From NCBI RefSeq assembly GCF_020541245.1, contig NZ_CP045876.1:240001-272000 (forward strand): a DNA stretch of 32,000 bases, given 5' to 3'. The first letter of the stretch is position 1. Each line of letters begins with the position of its first letter. Below, in pieces: positions 18,316-27,958 of this stretch. The notes under the pieces are model-generated. The model saw nothing but the letters and a program-made list of their open reading frames with translations, made no database searches and had not been told where the DNA came from. Both the position numbers and the translations under genes were made by a program. Source of the DNA: Candidatus Annandia pinicola. GTDB taxonomy: Bacteria > Pseudomonadota > Gammaproteobacteria > Enterobacterales > Enterobacteriaceae_A.

Positions 18316-18445
18316 CTTATTAAATATTCCATTAGTTATCCTTAATTAATATAAAAATAAAATTATATTATATAAAAAAAATATATAATTATTTGATAAT
18401 TTATATTATTTTAAAATAAATTAAATAATATTAGGAAATAAAATA

Positions 18446-20275
18446 TTGAATATAAAATTAAGAAATATAGCTATTATTGCTCATGTTGATCATGGTAAAA
18501 CAACTTTAGTAGATAAATTATTACAACAATCAAATACTTTTTCTAATAAAGAAGAAATAAAAGAGAGAGTAATGGATTCTAATATTTTAGAAAAAGAAAG
18601 AGGTATAACAATATTAGCTAAAAATACTGCTATTAGATGGAATAATTATCATATTAATATAGTAGATACTCCAGGTCATGCAGATTTTGGTGGTGAAGTT
18701 GAAAGAGTACTATCTATGGTAGATTCTGTATTATTAGTAGTAGATGCTACTGATGGACCTATGCCTCAAACTAGATTTGTAACAAAAAAAGCCTTTTCAC
18801 ATGGTTTAAGACCAATTGTTGTAATTAATAAAATTGATTTACCAAGTGCAAGACCAAATTGGGTATTAAATAAAATATTTGATTTATTCATTAATTTAGA
18901 TGCTACTGAATTTCAATTAGATTTTCCAGTTATATATACATCTGCATTAAAAGGTATTTCTGGTTTAAGTGAAAATAAAATATCTAATAATATGAATTGT
19001 TTATATGAAGCTATTATAAAATATACTCCTAAACCAAATTCTGATAAAAATAGTAGTTTTCAAATGCAAATTTCACAAGTTTATTATAATAATTATTTAG
19101 GTATTATAGGAATTGGTCGTATTAATAAAGGTTGTATTAGTATTAATAAACAAGTATCAGTTATTGATTATAAAAATAAAAAAAAACATAATGCTAAAAT
19201 TGAAAAAATACTTATATATTTAGGTTTAAAACAAATAGAAGTTAAATCAGCTGATGCTGGTAATATAGTAGCAATAACAGGTTTAGGAGATATAAATATA
19301 TTTGATACAATTTGTGATATTAAATGTTTAAAATCTTTACCTAAGTTAAAAGTAGATAAACCTACTATTAGTATGTTGTTTTGTGTTAACAATTCACCGA
19401 TGTCTGGAAAAGAAGGAAATAAAATTACTGCATCAAAAATATTAAAACGTTTGAAAAAAGAAATGATACATGATATTGCTTTAAATGTTAAAAATACTAA
19501 AAAAAATGATACTTTTAAAGTATCTGGAAGAGGTGAATTACATTTATCCATTTTAATAGAAAAAATGCGAAGAGAAGGTTTTGAATTATCTGTTTCTAAA
19601 CCTAAAGTTATTTTTATTAATATTAATGGTAAAATTCAAGAACCATTTGAAGAATTATTAATAGATATTGAAGAAAAACATCAAGGTTTAATTATGAAAG
19701 TTATTGGAGAAAGAAAAGGAAAACTTAAAGATTTAACATCAGATAATAAAGGTAGATTAAATATAATATATATAATACCTAGTAAAAATATTATTGGTTT
19801 TAGAAATGAATTTATAAAAATTACTTCTGGAACTGGTTTAATGTCTTCTTCTTTTAGCCATTATGGTAATGTTTGTTCTAATAGTAATAATAAAAGAAAA
19901 AATGGAGTATTAATATCAAATGGAACAGGTAAAGCAGTAGCTTTTGCTTTATTTAATTTACAAAATAGAGGAAATTTATTTATTAAACATGGTACAGAAG
20001 TATATGAAGGGCAAATAATAGGAATTCATAATCGTATAAATGATCTTACGGTAAATTGTTTAACTGGTAAAAAGTTAACAAATATGAGGGCATCTGGATC
20101 AGATGAAGCTATATCATTAATACCTCATATAAATATGAATCTTGAAAAATCTTTAGATTTTATTGAACATGATGAATTGGTAGAAGTAACACCAAATTCT
20201 ATACGTTTAAGAAAAATATATCTTACTGAACAAGAAAGAAAAAAAAATAATAAAAATACTAAAATTTATAAATAA
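18446..20275 (+). CDS. typA: Ribosome-associated translational GTPase TypA/BipA
   Basis: 609 aa. The segment LRNIAIIAHVDHGKTTLVDKLLQQS...DTPGHADFGGEVER...NKID and the rest are collinear with E. coli BipA. The start is TTG at 18446, with AGGA about 10 nt upstream. Confidence 0.95.
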   Translation: MNIKLRNIAIIAHVDHGKTTLVDKLLQQSNTFSNKEEIKERVMDSNILEKERGITILAKNTAIRWNNYHINIVDTPGHADFGGEVERVLSMVDSVLLVVDATDGPMPQTRFVTKKAFSHGLRPIVVINKIDLPSARPNWVLNKIFDLFINLDATEFQLDFPVIYTSALKGISGLSENKISNNMNCLYEAIIKYTPKPNSDKNSSFQMQISQVYYNNYLGIIGIGRINKGCISINKQVSVIDYKNKKKHNAKIEKILIYLGLKQIEVKSADAGNIVAITGLGDINIFDTICDIKCLKSLPKLKVDKPTISMLFCVNNSPMSGKEGNKITASKILKRLKKEMIHDIALNVKNTKKNDTFKVSGRGELHLSILIEKMRREGFELSVSKPKVIFININGKIQEPFEELLIDIEEKHQGLIMKVIGERKGKLKDLTSDNKGRLNIIYIIPSKNIIGFRNEFIKITSGTGLMSSSFSHYGNVCSNSNNKRKNGVLISNGTGKAVAFALFNLQNRGNLFIKHGTEVYEGQIIGIHNRINDLTVNCLTGKKLTNMRASGSDEAISLIPHINMNLEKSLDFIEHDELVEVTPNSIRLRKIYLTEQERKKNNKNTKIYK

Positions 20276-20328
20276 TATATTTTCTTTACTTTTGTTAAAT
20301 AATATAATATAATTATATGTTATATTGT

Positions 20329-20401
20329 GGCTCTTTAGCTCAGTGGTTAGAGCACGCGACTCATAATCGCTTGGTCGTTGGTTCGAATCCAACAAGAGCC
20401 A
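20329..20401 (+). tRNA. ileX: tRNA-Ile2 (anticodon CAU, the lysidine-modified ileX type), CCA not encoded
   Basis: The cloverleaf folds by hand: acceptor GGCTCTT/AAGAGCC and anticodon loop CTCATAA (CAT at 20362-20364). The D-loop AGTGGTTA, anticodon stem xGCGA/TCGCT and variable loop TGGTC match E. coli tRNA-Ile2 rather than elongator or initiator tRNA-Met. Confidence 0.8.
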
Positions 20402-20489
20402 AAATTTTATATAAATAATAAATTAATGTTATTAAGAAATATATATATTTATATAAAATATTTTTTTTAATTTACAAGGTAAAATAATA

Positions 20490-20990
20490 ATGAATAATAA
20501 AGGAATTAATAAAGTAATATTAATCGGATATTTAGGTAAAGATCCTGAAATAAGATATATGCCAAATGGAATAGCAGTAGCAAATTTAAATTTAGCTACT
20601 TCAGATAAATGGAAAGATAAAATTACTGGTGAAATTAAGGAAAAAACTGAATGGCATCGTATAGTTTTATTTGCAAAACTTGCAGAAATAGCTAGAAAAT
20701 ATTTAAAAAAAGGTTCTTATCTTTATATTGAGGGATCACTACAAACAAAAAAATGGAAAGATAAATATAATCAATATAGATATAATACAGAAATAATAGT
20801 TAATATAAATGGTACCATGAAAATATTAAATTATATTAAAGAAAATAATGATATTAAAAATAAAATTATTAATAAAATATCAAAAAATATTAATACAAAT
20901 AATAATAATTTAAATATTGTTGATGAAAGTATTAAAAAAGAATATATTAATAATGAAGATATAAATTTTGATGATGAAATTCCGTTTTAA
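20490..20990 (+). CDS. ssb: Single-stranded DNA-binding protein
   Basis: 166 aa. The OB-fold N-terminus [34 protein letters not shown]...TEWHRIVLF and the canonical acidic tip DDEIPF at the C-terminus are present. Confidence 0.95.
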   Translation: MNNKGINKVILIGYLGKDPEIRYMPNGIAVANLNLATSDKWKDKITGEIKEKTEWHRIVLFAKLAEIARKYLKKGSYLYIEGSLQTKKWKDKYNQYRYNTEIIVNINGTMKILNYIKENNDIKNKIINKISKNINTNNNNLNIVDESIKKEYINNEDINFDDEIPF

Positions 20991-21086
20991 TTTAAAAAAT
21001 TATATATATAATTAATATTTTTTTTAAAATTAATTTATTAAAAAAAATTACTATTATTATAAAATAATATTTTTTAATATAAAATT

Positions 21087-21923
21087 TTATATAAATTTTT
21101 TTATATTTATTTTTCCATCATAAACATATGATGCTGGTCCTATCATATATAAATTATTTTTTAATCCTTTATATTTAATATATAAATTTCCTCCAGGTAA
21201 ATTTACTTTAACTTTTTTATTAGATAATATTTTTTTTTTTATACCTATAGCTACTGCTGCACATGCAGCACTACCACAAGATTTAGTTTCTCCTACATCT
21301 CTTTCATAAACTCTTAATTTAATATAATTAGTTTTCTTTATTTCCATAAAACTAACATTAACTCCTTGTGGAAAACTAATATGTTTACTTATAATATATC
21401 CTAAAAAATTTACATTTATTTTTTTTAAATTATTAACTTGTATAATACAATGAGGATTTCCTAATGATAATGTATCAAATTTAATTTTTATTTTTTTTAA
21501 TTTAATATAATAATTTTTTGCAAAACATTTTATAAATGGTATAAAATTTTTATTAAAATTTGGTTTACCCATATTTACTTTTATATTATTTTTATTTATT
21601 ATTTCTAATAACATTTTTTTATTATTAGTTTTTATTTTAATTTTATTTTTATTTATCATTTTTTTTTTTTTTAGATAATATGCAAAACATCTTACTCCAT
21701 TACCACATTGTGTTACTTCATTACCATTTGAATTAAAAATTCTATAATGAAAATCATAATTTTTATTATATGGTAATTCTATAGAAAGCAATTGATCAAA
21801 ACCAATTCCTAAATATCTATTTGATAAATTAATAATTAATTGTTTAGTAAATCTAATTTTTTCAATTATATTATTTATAATAATAAAATCATTACCTAAA
21901 CCATGCATTTTAGAAAATTTCAT
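21087..21923 (-). CDS. dapF: Diaminopimelate epimerase
   Basis: 278 aa. It has MKFSKMHGLGNDFIIIN and both catalytic Cys regions (TQCGNGVRC and GETKSCGSAACA). An AGGA SD lies upstream. Confidence 0.93.
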   Translation of the reverse strand: MKFSKMHGLGNDFIIINNIIEKIRFTKQLIINLSNRYLGIGFDQLLSIELPYNKNYDFHYRIFNSNGNEVTQCGNGVRCFAYYLKKKKMINKNKIKIKTNNKKMLLEIINKNNIKVNMGKPNFNKNFIPFIKCFAKNYYIKLKKIKIKFDTLSLGNPHCIIQVNNLKKINVNFLGYIISKHISFPQGVNVSFMEIKKTNYIKLRVYERDVGETKSCGSAACAAVAIGIKKKILSNKKVKVNLPGGNLYIKYKGLKNNLYMIGPASYVYDGKINIKKFI

Positions 21924-21941
21924 TTTATTCCTTTATAAAAA

Positions 21942-22015
21942 TCGGTGAGAGAGGATTTGAACCTCTGACCAACTGGTCCCAAACCAGTTACGCTACCAAG
22001 CTGCGCCACTCACCG
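21942..22015 (-). tRNA. proM: tRNA-Pro (anticodon UGG), CCA not encoded
   Basis: The reverse complement CGGTGAGTGGCGCAGCTTGGTAGCGTAACTGGTTTGGGACCAGTTGGTCAGAGGTTCAAATCCTCTCTCACCGA folds as a cloverleaf with anticodon loop TTTGGGA. It is near-identical in layout to E. coli proM. Confidence 0.9.
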
Positions 22016-22052
22016 TTATGTAATAAAATACTATTATAGATTTTAATTATTG

Positions 22053-22126
22053 GGTGATCAATGGGAATCGAACCCATGACTACTGGAACCACAATCCAGA
22101 GCTCTGCCAACTGAGCTATGACCACC
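22053..22126 (-). tRNA. hisR: tRNA-His (anticodon GUG) with encoded G-1, CCA not fully encoded
   Basis: The reverse complement GGTGGTCATAGCTCAGTTGGCAGAGCTCTGGATTGTGGTTCCAGTAGTCATGGGTTCGATTCCCATTGATCACCC has the extra 5' G opposite C73 and anticodon loop TTGTGGT. It is E. coli hisR-like. Confidence 0.9.
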
Positions 22127-22308
22127 ATATTTAACAATTATTTTTTTTAAATAAAAATTATTTAAATAATAAAAATATTTTTCAGAAAGATGATTAATAA
22201 TTAATTTCAAAAAACAACTTATTATTATTATACATAATATCATAAAAATTTTTATTAATCAATAAAAAAAATTTTTTATACATATATTTTTTTTATTGTT
22301 TTTTTAAT

Positions 22309-23865
22309 TTAAATTATTAAATTATTTTTTAATTGACGCTTTAAATTGTTTAACAAAATTTTATTGTTTTTAGTTTTTTTTATATTTTTTAATAAAAATC
22401 TTATTGCATCAACTTTATTCATAAAACTTAATATTTTTCTTAATAGATATATTTTTTCTAATTCATTACATTTAATTAATAATTCTTCTTTCCTAGTACT
22501 TGATTTAATATAATCTATTGCCGGAAAAACTCTTTTATTAGCTATTTTTCTAGAAAGATGTAATTCCATATTTCCTGTGCCCTTAAATTCTTCGTAGATT
22601 ATTTCATCCATTTTAGAACCTGTTTTAATTAAAATAGTAGCAATAATAGTTAAACTACCTCCTTCTTGAAAATTTCTAGCTGATCCAAAAAATCTTTTAG
22701 GACGATACAAAGAATTTGAATCAACTCCTCCAGTTAAAGTTTTTCCAGAACTTGGAATTATAGAATTATAAGCTCTAGTTAATCTGGTTAAGGAATCTAA
22801 TAATATTACAACATTATTACTATTTTCAACCATTCTTTTTGCTTTTTCAATAATTATTTCTGAAATATGTATATGTTTATATGCTGGTTCATCAAAAGTA
22901 GAATATAATACCTCTCCTTTGATTAATTTTTTCATTTCAGTTACTTCTTCAGGTCTTTCATCTATTAACAATACAATTAAAAAATGATTTTTATAATTAT
23001 AAGAAATACTATCAGCAATATTTTGTAAAAGAATAGTTTTACCTGCTTTTGGGGGAGCAACAATTAAACCTCTTTGGCCATTACCTATAGGAGTTATTAA
23101 ATCTAATATACGAGAAGCTATATTATCATAAATTAGTTTTTTTCTTTTTTCTTTTTTTATTTTTTCTTTTTCTTTTTCTCTTCTTTCTTCTTCTTTTTTT
23201 TTTCTTTTTTCTCTTTCTTCTTCTGTTTCTTCTTTATTTTCTTCTATTTCTTTTTTATTTTCTTCTTTATTTTCTTCTATTTTTTCTTTATTTTCTTCTT
23301 TATTTTCTTCTATTTTTTCTTCTATTTCTTTTTTATTTTCTTCTTTATTTTCTTCTTTATTTTCTTCTATTTTTTCTTTATTTTCTTCTTTTTTTATTTC
23401 TTCTTTTATTTCTCTTTCCATATTTAAATGAAAATTAGGATATAGTGGTACTAAACTATCAAAATCAACTCTTGTAATACTTATTTTTGGTATATTAGAA
23501 TTTATAGTTATAATATCTATTAATGAGAAATAACGTTCATAAAAACCTGGTGGTATAATTTTTCCAATTATCATATCACCTGTTTTTAAACTAAATTTTT
23601 TTATTTTTCTTAATGATATATATATATCATTTATTCCTGAGTAATAATTATTGTATATAGATCTTAAAAAACCAAATTTTAGATTTACTATTTCTATAAT
23701 ACCACTACCTAACATTATAATACCAATTTTAATATTAATTTTAAGCATAAAAAAAATAATTATATACCTGGGAAATAATCTTATTGTTTTATGTTTTATA
23801 TTGATAACAACGTTTAATATTTTCTCTAATCTATTAAATTTTCTTATTCCTACAAAATTGATCAT
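22309..23865 (-). CDS. rho: Transcription termination factor Rho with a large internal E/K-rich insertion
   Basis: 518 aa versus 419 in E. coli. The NTD ([23 protein letters not shown]) and CTD ([75 protein letters not shown]) are collinear with E. coli Rho on both sides of the insertion. Confidence 0.95.
   Translation of the reverse strand: MINFVGIRKFNRLEKILNVVINIKHKTIRLFPRYIIIFFMLKINIKIGIIMLGSGIIEIVNLKFGFLRSIYNNYYSGINDIYISLRKIKKFSLKTGDMIIGKIIPPGFYERYFSLIDIITINSNIPKISITRVDFDSLVPLYPNFHLNMEREIKEEIKKEENKEKIEENKEENKEENKKEIEEKIEENKEENKEKIEENKEENKKEIEENKEETEEEREKRKKKEEERREKEKEKIKKEKRKKLIYDNIASRILDLITPIGNGQRGLIVAPPKAGKTILLQNIADSISYNYKNHFLIVLLIDERPEEVTEMKKLIKGEVLYSTFDEPAYKHIHISEIIIEKAKRMVENSNNVVILLDSLTRLTRAYNSIIPSSGKTLTGGVDSNSLYRPKRFFGSARNFQEGGSLTIIATILIKTGSKMDEIIYEEFKGTGNMELHLSRKIANKRVFPAIDYIKSSTRKEELLIKCNELEKIYLLRKILSFMNKVDAIRFLLKNIKKTKNNKILLNNLKRQLKNNLII
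23128..23412 (-). repeat. In-frame imperfect tandem repeat inside rho (pyrimidine-rich on +, GAA/AAA/AAT-rich in the mRNA)
   Basis: Units such as tcttctttattttcttctat recur at least three times on the + strand. They encode reiterated [10 protein letters not shown]-type peptides followed by [29 protein letters not shown]. Confidence 0.9.
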
Positions 23866-23910
23866 AAAAAAAAATCTAAATTCTAAATCTAATTAAAACA
23901 TATTTACTAA

Positions 23911-24264
23911 CTAAATATTACTAAATAACTTCAAATGTTTATCAATTAAACTACAAATATTACTTTTAGTTTGAATACCATAAATTTTATATAATAATTT
24001 ATTATTCCTAAAAAAAAAAATTGTGGGTATAGTTTTAATATTATATTTTGATACAGTATCTTTATTTTCATCTATATTAATTTTATAAACTTCAATTTTT
24101 TTTATATATTTATAAGATATTTCATTTATAATAGGAGATAATAATTTGCATGGGTTACACCAGGTTGCCCAAAAATCTATTAATAATAATTTCTTAGATT
24201 TTTTTAATATTTTATCTAAATTATTATTTGTAATATTTATAATATTACTATTTTTATTAGACAT
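23911..24264 (-). CDS. trxA: Thioredoxin 1 with a variant CNPC active site
   Basis: 117 aa. LIDFWATWCNPCKLLSPIINEI aligns with E. coli [22 protein letters not shown]. The cis-Pro region IKTIPTIFFF is present. The conserved trxA-rho order is kept, and an AGGA SD lies upstream. Confidence 0.92.
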   Translation of the reverse strand: MSNKNSNIINITNNNLDKILKKSKKLLLIDFWATWCNPCKLLSPIINEISYKYIKKIEVYKINIDENKDTVSKYNIKTIPTIFFFRNNKLLYKIYGIQTKSNICSLIDKHLKLFSNI

Positions 24265-24304
24265 TATTTTATTTCCTATAAAACTAAAAATAATTTTATT
24301 CCTT

Positions 24305-25786
24305 TTACTTATTATTTTTATATATTAACTTAGTATTAATCATATATTTTCTTAATTTTACACCTACTTTTTCTATTGTATGTTGTTGTATTTTTAAATC
24401 AATATTTAATAATTTTTTATTATCAATTGATATAGGTTCTTTTTTAGAAAAACCTAAATCATATTTATTTAGTTTATTTACAAAATTTTCTAAATAAGTA
24501 ATTGCTTTATTGAAAAATAAATAATTTCCATATTCAGCTGTATCAGAAATTACTAAATTCATTTCATATAAACGTTTACGAGCAATTGTATTTGCAATTA
24601 AAGGTAATTCATGAAGAGATTCATAATAAGCAGATTCTGGTAAAATACCTGTTTCTACCATAATTTCAAAAGATAATTCTACACCTGCTTTTATTAAAGC
24701 AACCATAATTAATCCACGATCAAAATATTCTTGTTCATTAATATTTTTATCATATAATGGAGCTTTTTCAAATTCACAACAATTTGTTTTTTTACGCCAA
24801 TTTAATAAATTTACATCATTGTTATTCCAATCTTTCATCATATTTTTAGAAAAATCACCAGAAATTATATCATCCATATGTTTTTCAAATAATGGTCTTA
24901 AAATAATTTTTAATTTTAAAGATAAATCAAAAGCTCTAATTTTAGATGAATTAGATAAACGATTCATCATTAATGTAATACCACCATATTTTAAAGATTC
25001 TGTAATAGTTTCCCATCCATATTGAATTAACTTACAAGAAAATCCTTTATCAAAACCATCTTTAATTAATTTATTATATAATAATATAGAACTTGTTTGT
25101 AATAAACCACATAAAATAGTTTGTTCACCCATTAAATCAGATTTAACTTCTGCTATAAAAGATGATTCTAAAACCCCAGCTCTATGTGATCCAATAGCAT
25201 AAGCCCAAGATTTAGCAATTTCTATTCCTTTATTAAAAGGATCGTTTTCTGGATGTACCGCAATTAAAGCTGGAACTCCAAAACCTTTTTTATATTCTTC
25301 TCTTACTTCAGTTCCTGGACATTTTGGAGCAACCATAATAACAGTAATATCATTTCTTATTTTTTCACCCATTTCAACAATATTAAAACCATGAGAATAA
25401 CCTAAAATAGATTTTTTTTTCATTAATGGTTGAATTAATTTTATTATTTTACTATGTTGTTTATCAGGAGTTAAATTTATAACTATATCAGCTTCAGGTA
25501 TTAATTTTTGATAACTATCAACTAAAAATTTATTTTTAGTTGCTCTTCTCCAAGAAATATTTTTATCTTTAATAGATTTTTTTTTTAAAGCGTAGGAAAT
25601 ATTTAAACCTGAATCACGCATATTTAATCCTTGGTTTAATCCCTGTGCTCCACAACCTATAATAACTATTTTTTTATTTCTAATAAATTTACATTTTAAT
25701 GAAAATTCTTGTGAAGACATTAATCTACATTTTTTTAGATTTTTTAATTTTTTTCTAAAATTAAGTTGATTAAAATAATTATTCAT
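24305..25786 (-). CDS. ilvC: Ketol-acid reductoisomerase
   Basis: 493 aa and collinear with E. coli IlvC from [14 protein letters not shown]... through [18 protein letters not shown] and [27 protein letters not shown]. Confidence 0.96.
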   Translation of the reverse strand: MNNYFNQLNFRKKLKNLKKCRLMSSQEFSLKCKFIRNKKIVIIGCGAQGLNQGLNMRDSGLNISYALKKKSIKDKNISWRRATKNKFLVDSYQKLIPEADIVINLTPDKQHSKIIKLIQPLMKKKSILGYSHGFNIVEMGEKIRNDITVIMVAPKCPGTEVREEYKKGFGVPALIAVHPENDPFNKGIEIAKSWAYAIGSHRAGVLESSFIAEVKSDLMGEQTILCGLLQTSSILLYNKLIKDGFDKGFSCKLIQYGWETITESLKYGGITLMMNRLSNSSKIRAFDLSLKLKIILRPLFEKHMDDIISGDFSKNMMKDWNNNDVNLLNWRKKTNCCEFEKAPLYDKNINEQEYFDRGLIMVALIKAGVELSFEIMVETGILPESAYYESLHELPLIANTIARKRLYEMNLVISDTAEYGNYLFFNKAITYLENFVNKLNKYDLGFSKKEPISIDNKKLLNIDLKIQQHTIEKVGVKLRKYMINTKLIYKNNK

Positions 25787-25826
25787 ATTATTTAAAGATT
25801 CCTTATATTTTTTACTAATTTTTATT

Positions 25827-27659
25827 TTATAAAAATTTTCTTATTGCACCCTTATCAGCACTTGATACAAAATATGAATAATATAATAATGTTTTAGATA
25901 TTTTACGTTTACGATTTAATGGAGTATAAGATAATTTTTTTTTTTTTTTTTCTTTAATTATACGTTTTTTTAAAATATAATCTGATAATTTAACATTAAT
26001 TGACCTATTTGGTATATCAATTTTTATAATATCTTTATTTTTTATTAAAGCAATATTACCTTTATTAGCAGCTTCTGGTGAAATATGACCAATTGATAAA
26101 CCTGAAGTTCCTCCAGAAAATCTACCATCTGTAATTAATGCACAATATTTATCTATTCCCATTGATTTTAAATAAGTTGTTGGATATAACATTTCTTGCA
26201 TTCCTGGACCACCTTTAGGTCCTTCATATCTAATTACAATAACATCTCCTGGTAATATCATTCCAGAAATAATATCTTTAATTGCTAATTCTTGACTATC
26301 GTATACTTTTGCAGGACCTTCAAAATATAACATGTTTTTTTTTACACCAGCAGTTTTTACTATACAACCATTTTGAGCTATATTACCATATAATACAGCT
26401 AAACCACCATCTTGACTAAAAGAAAATTTTTTAGATCTGATACATCCATTTTTAAAATCTAAATCTAATTTTTTCCATTTATTATTTTGTGAAAAAGCTT
26501 TAATATTATGTTTACCTGATGGTTTTGCTTTATACATATTTTTTATATTTTTATCTTTTGTTACTGATATATCATATAATTTTAAGGTTTCTTTTAAACT
26601 ATATCCCAGAATATTAATTACGTTTGTGTTTAATAAATCTATTCTATTTAATTCTCCTAAAATTCTCATTACACCACCAGCTCTATGTACATCTTCCATA
26701 TAAAATTTTTTAGAACTTGGTGAAACTTTGCATAAATGAGGAACTTTTTTAGATAAAATATCAATATCTTTCATATTAAAATTTATTTTTGCTTCTTGAG
26801 CTGCTGCTAATAAATGTAATATAGTATTTGTAGAACCACCCATAGCTATATCTAATGTCATTGCATTTTTAAAAGAATTTAAATTAGCAATATTTCTAGG
26901 TAATACATAACTTTTATTATCTTCATAAAAAAATTTTGATAATTTTACTATTCTTTGCCCAGCATATATAAACATTTTTTTTCTATCAAAATGAGTTGCT
27001 AATAAAGAACCATTACCAGGTAACGATAAACCTAATGCTTCTATTAAACAATTCATAGAATTTGCTGTAAACATTCCTGAACAAGAACCACATGTAGGAC
27101 ATGCAGATTTTTCTATATCAATACTATTATATTTTTTATTTTTTTTAATTTTATTATCATACATTATAGCATCTACTAAATCTAATTTTTTTTTAAAACC
27201 ATTAATATTTAATCTCCCAGATTCCATTGGACCTCCAGATACAAATATAGTTGGAATATTTAATCTTAGAGATGCCATTAACATACCAGGAGTTATTTTA
27301 TCGCAATTAGATATACATACCATTGCATCAACACAATGAGCATTTATCATATATTCTATAGAATCAGCAATTAAATCTCTTGATGGTAAAGAATATAACA
27401 TTCCACTATGCCCCATAGCTATACCGTCATCAATAGCTATAGTATTAAATTCTTTTGCAACACCACCACAATTATTAATTTGTTGAGATACTATTAAACC
27501 TACATCACGTAAATGAATATGTCCTGGAACAAATTGAGTAAAAGAATTAACTACTGCAATTATAGGTTTATCAAAATCATTATCTTTCATTCCTGTTGCA
27601 CGCCATAAAGCTCTAGCACCTGATCCTTTTTTAGAAGTATTAGAACGATACTGTATCAT
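25827..27659 (-). CDS. ilvD: Dihydroxy-acid dehydratase
   Basis: 610 aa. It has [39 protein letters not shown] and [22 protein letters not shown], and is collinear with E. coli IlvD. Confidence 0.96.
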   Translation of the reverse strand: MIQYRSNTSKKGSGARALWRATGMKDNDFDKPIIAVVNSFTQFVPGHIHLRDVGLIVSQQINNCGGVAKEFNTIAIDDGIAMGHSGMLYSLPSRDLIADSIEYMINAHCVDAMVCISNCDKITPGMLMASLRLNIPTIFVSGGPMESGRLNINGFKKKLDLVDAIMYDNKIKKNKKYNSIDIEKSACPTCGSCSGMFTANSMNCLIEALGLSLPGNGSLLATHFDRKKMFIYAGQRIVKLSKFFYEDNKSYVLPRNIANLNSFKNAMTLDIAMGGSTNTILHLLAAAQEAKINFNMKDIDILSKKVPHLCKVSPSSKKFYMEDVHRAGGVMRILGELNRIDLLNTNVINILGYSLKETLKLYDISVTKDKNIKNMYKAKPSGKHNIKAFSQNNKWKKLDLDFKNGCIRSKKFSFSQDGGLAVLYGNIAQNGCIVKTAGVKKNMLYFEGPAKVYDSQELAIKDIISGMILPGDVIVIRYEGPKGGPGMQEMLYPTTYLKSMGIDKYCALITDGRFSGGTSGLSIGHISPEAANKGNIALIKNKDIIKIDIPNRSINVKLSDYILKKRIIKEKKKKKLSYTPLNRKRKISKTLLYYSYFVSSADKGAIRKFL

Positions 27660-27726
27660 AAATATATTGATTTTTTACCTTTGATTAAAACTAAAAAAAC
27701 AAATTATATTTTTTTAAAAAGATAAA

Positions 27727-27954
27727 TTATATAAATAATATATTTATATCTATTATTTTTTTTAATTGATATTTTAATATTTTTGAATTTTTATAACTTA
27801 ATAAAATAATTTTAATATTAACTTTTTTAATATTAAAATCATATTTATAATTTAAATTAATATTTATAAAACCACGATGTCTTAAAATTCTTATAATTCT
27901 TTCTAATATTTCTGGTTTAAAACTTATTTGAATAAAAACTTTATATTTATACAT
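27727..27954 (-). CDS. ilvM: Acetolactate synthase II small subunit
   Basis: 75 aa. FKPEILERIIRILRHRGF aligns with E. coli IlvM FNPETLERVLRVVRHRGF. The start lies 4 nt after the ilvG stop, which suggests translational coupling. Confidence 0.8.
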   Translation of the reverse strand: MYKYKVFIQISFKPEILERIIRILRHRGFININLNYKYDFNIKKVNIKIILLSYKNSKILKYQLKKIIDINILFI

Positions 27955-27958
27955 TTAT

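Noticed and set aside
20207-20395. 62-aa minus-strand ORF overlapping the typA 3' end and tRNA-Ile2, and a similar 61-aa ORF at 22058-22243 overlapping tRNA-His.
   Set aside because: The only compositionally protein-like parts (for example MLDSNQRPSDYESRALTTELK) are translations of the G/C-rich tRNA sequence on the opposite strand. The tRNA cloverleaves explain these regions.
23128-23412. A tandem repeat array that could superficially suggest a CRISPR-like or minisatellite element, or an inserted mobile sequence.
   Set aside because: The repeats are contiguous with no unique spacers. They stay in frame within rho and encode a continuous E/K-rich peptide flanked by collinear Rho sequence. There are no cas genes, transposase or terminal inverted repeats.
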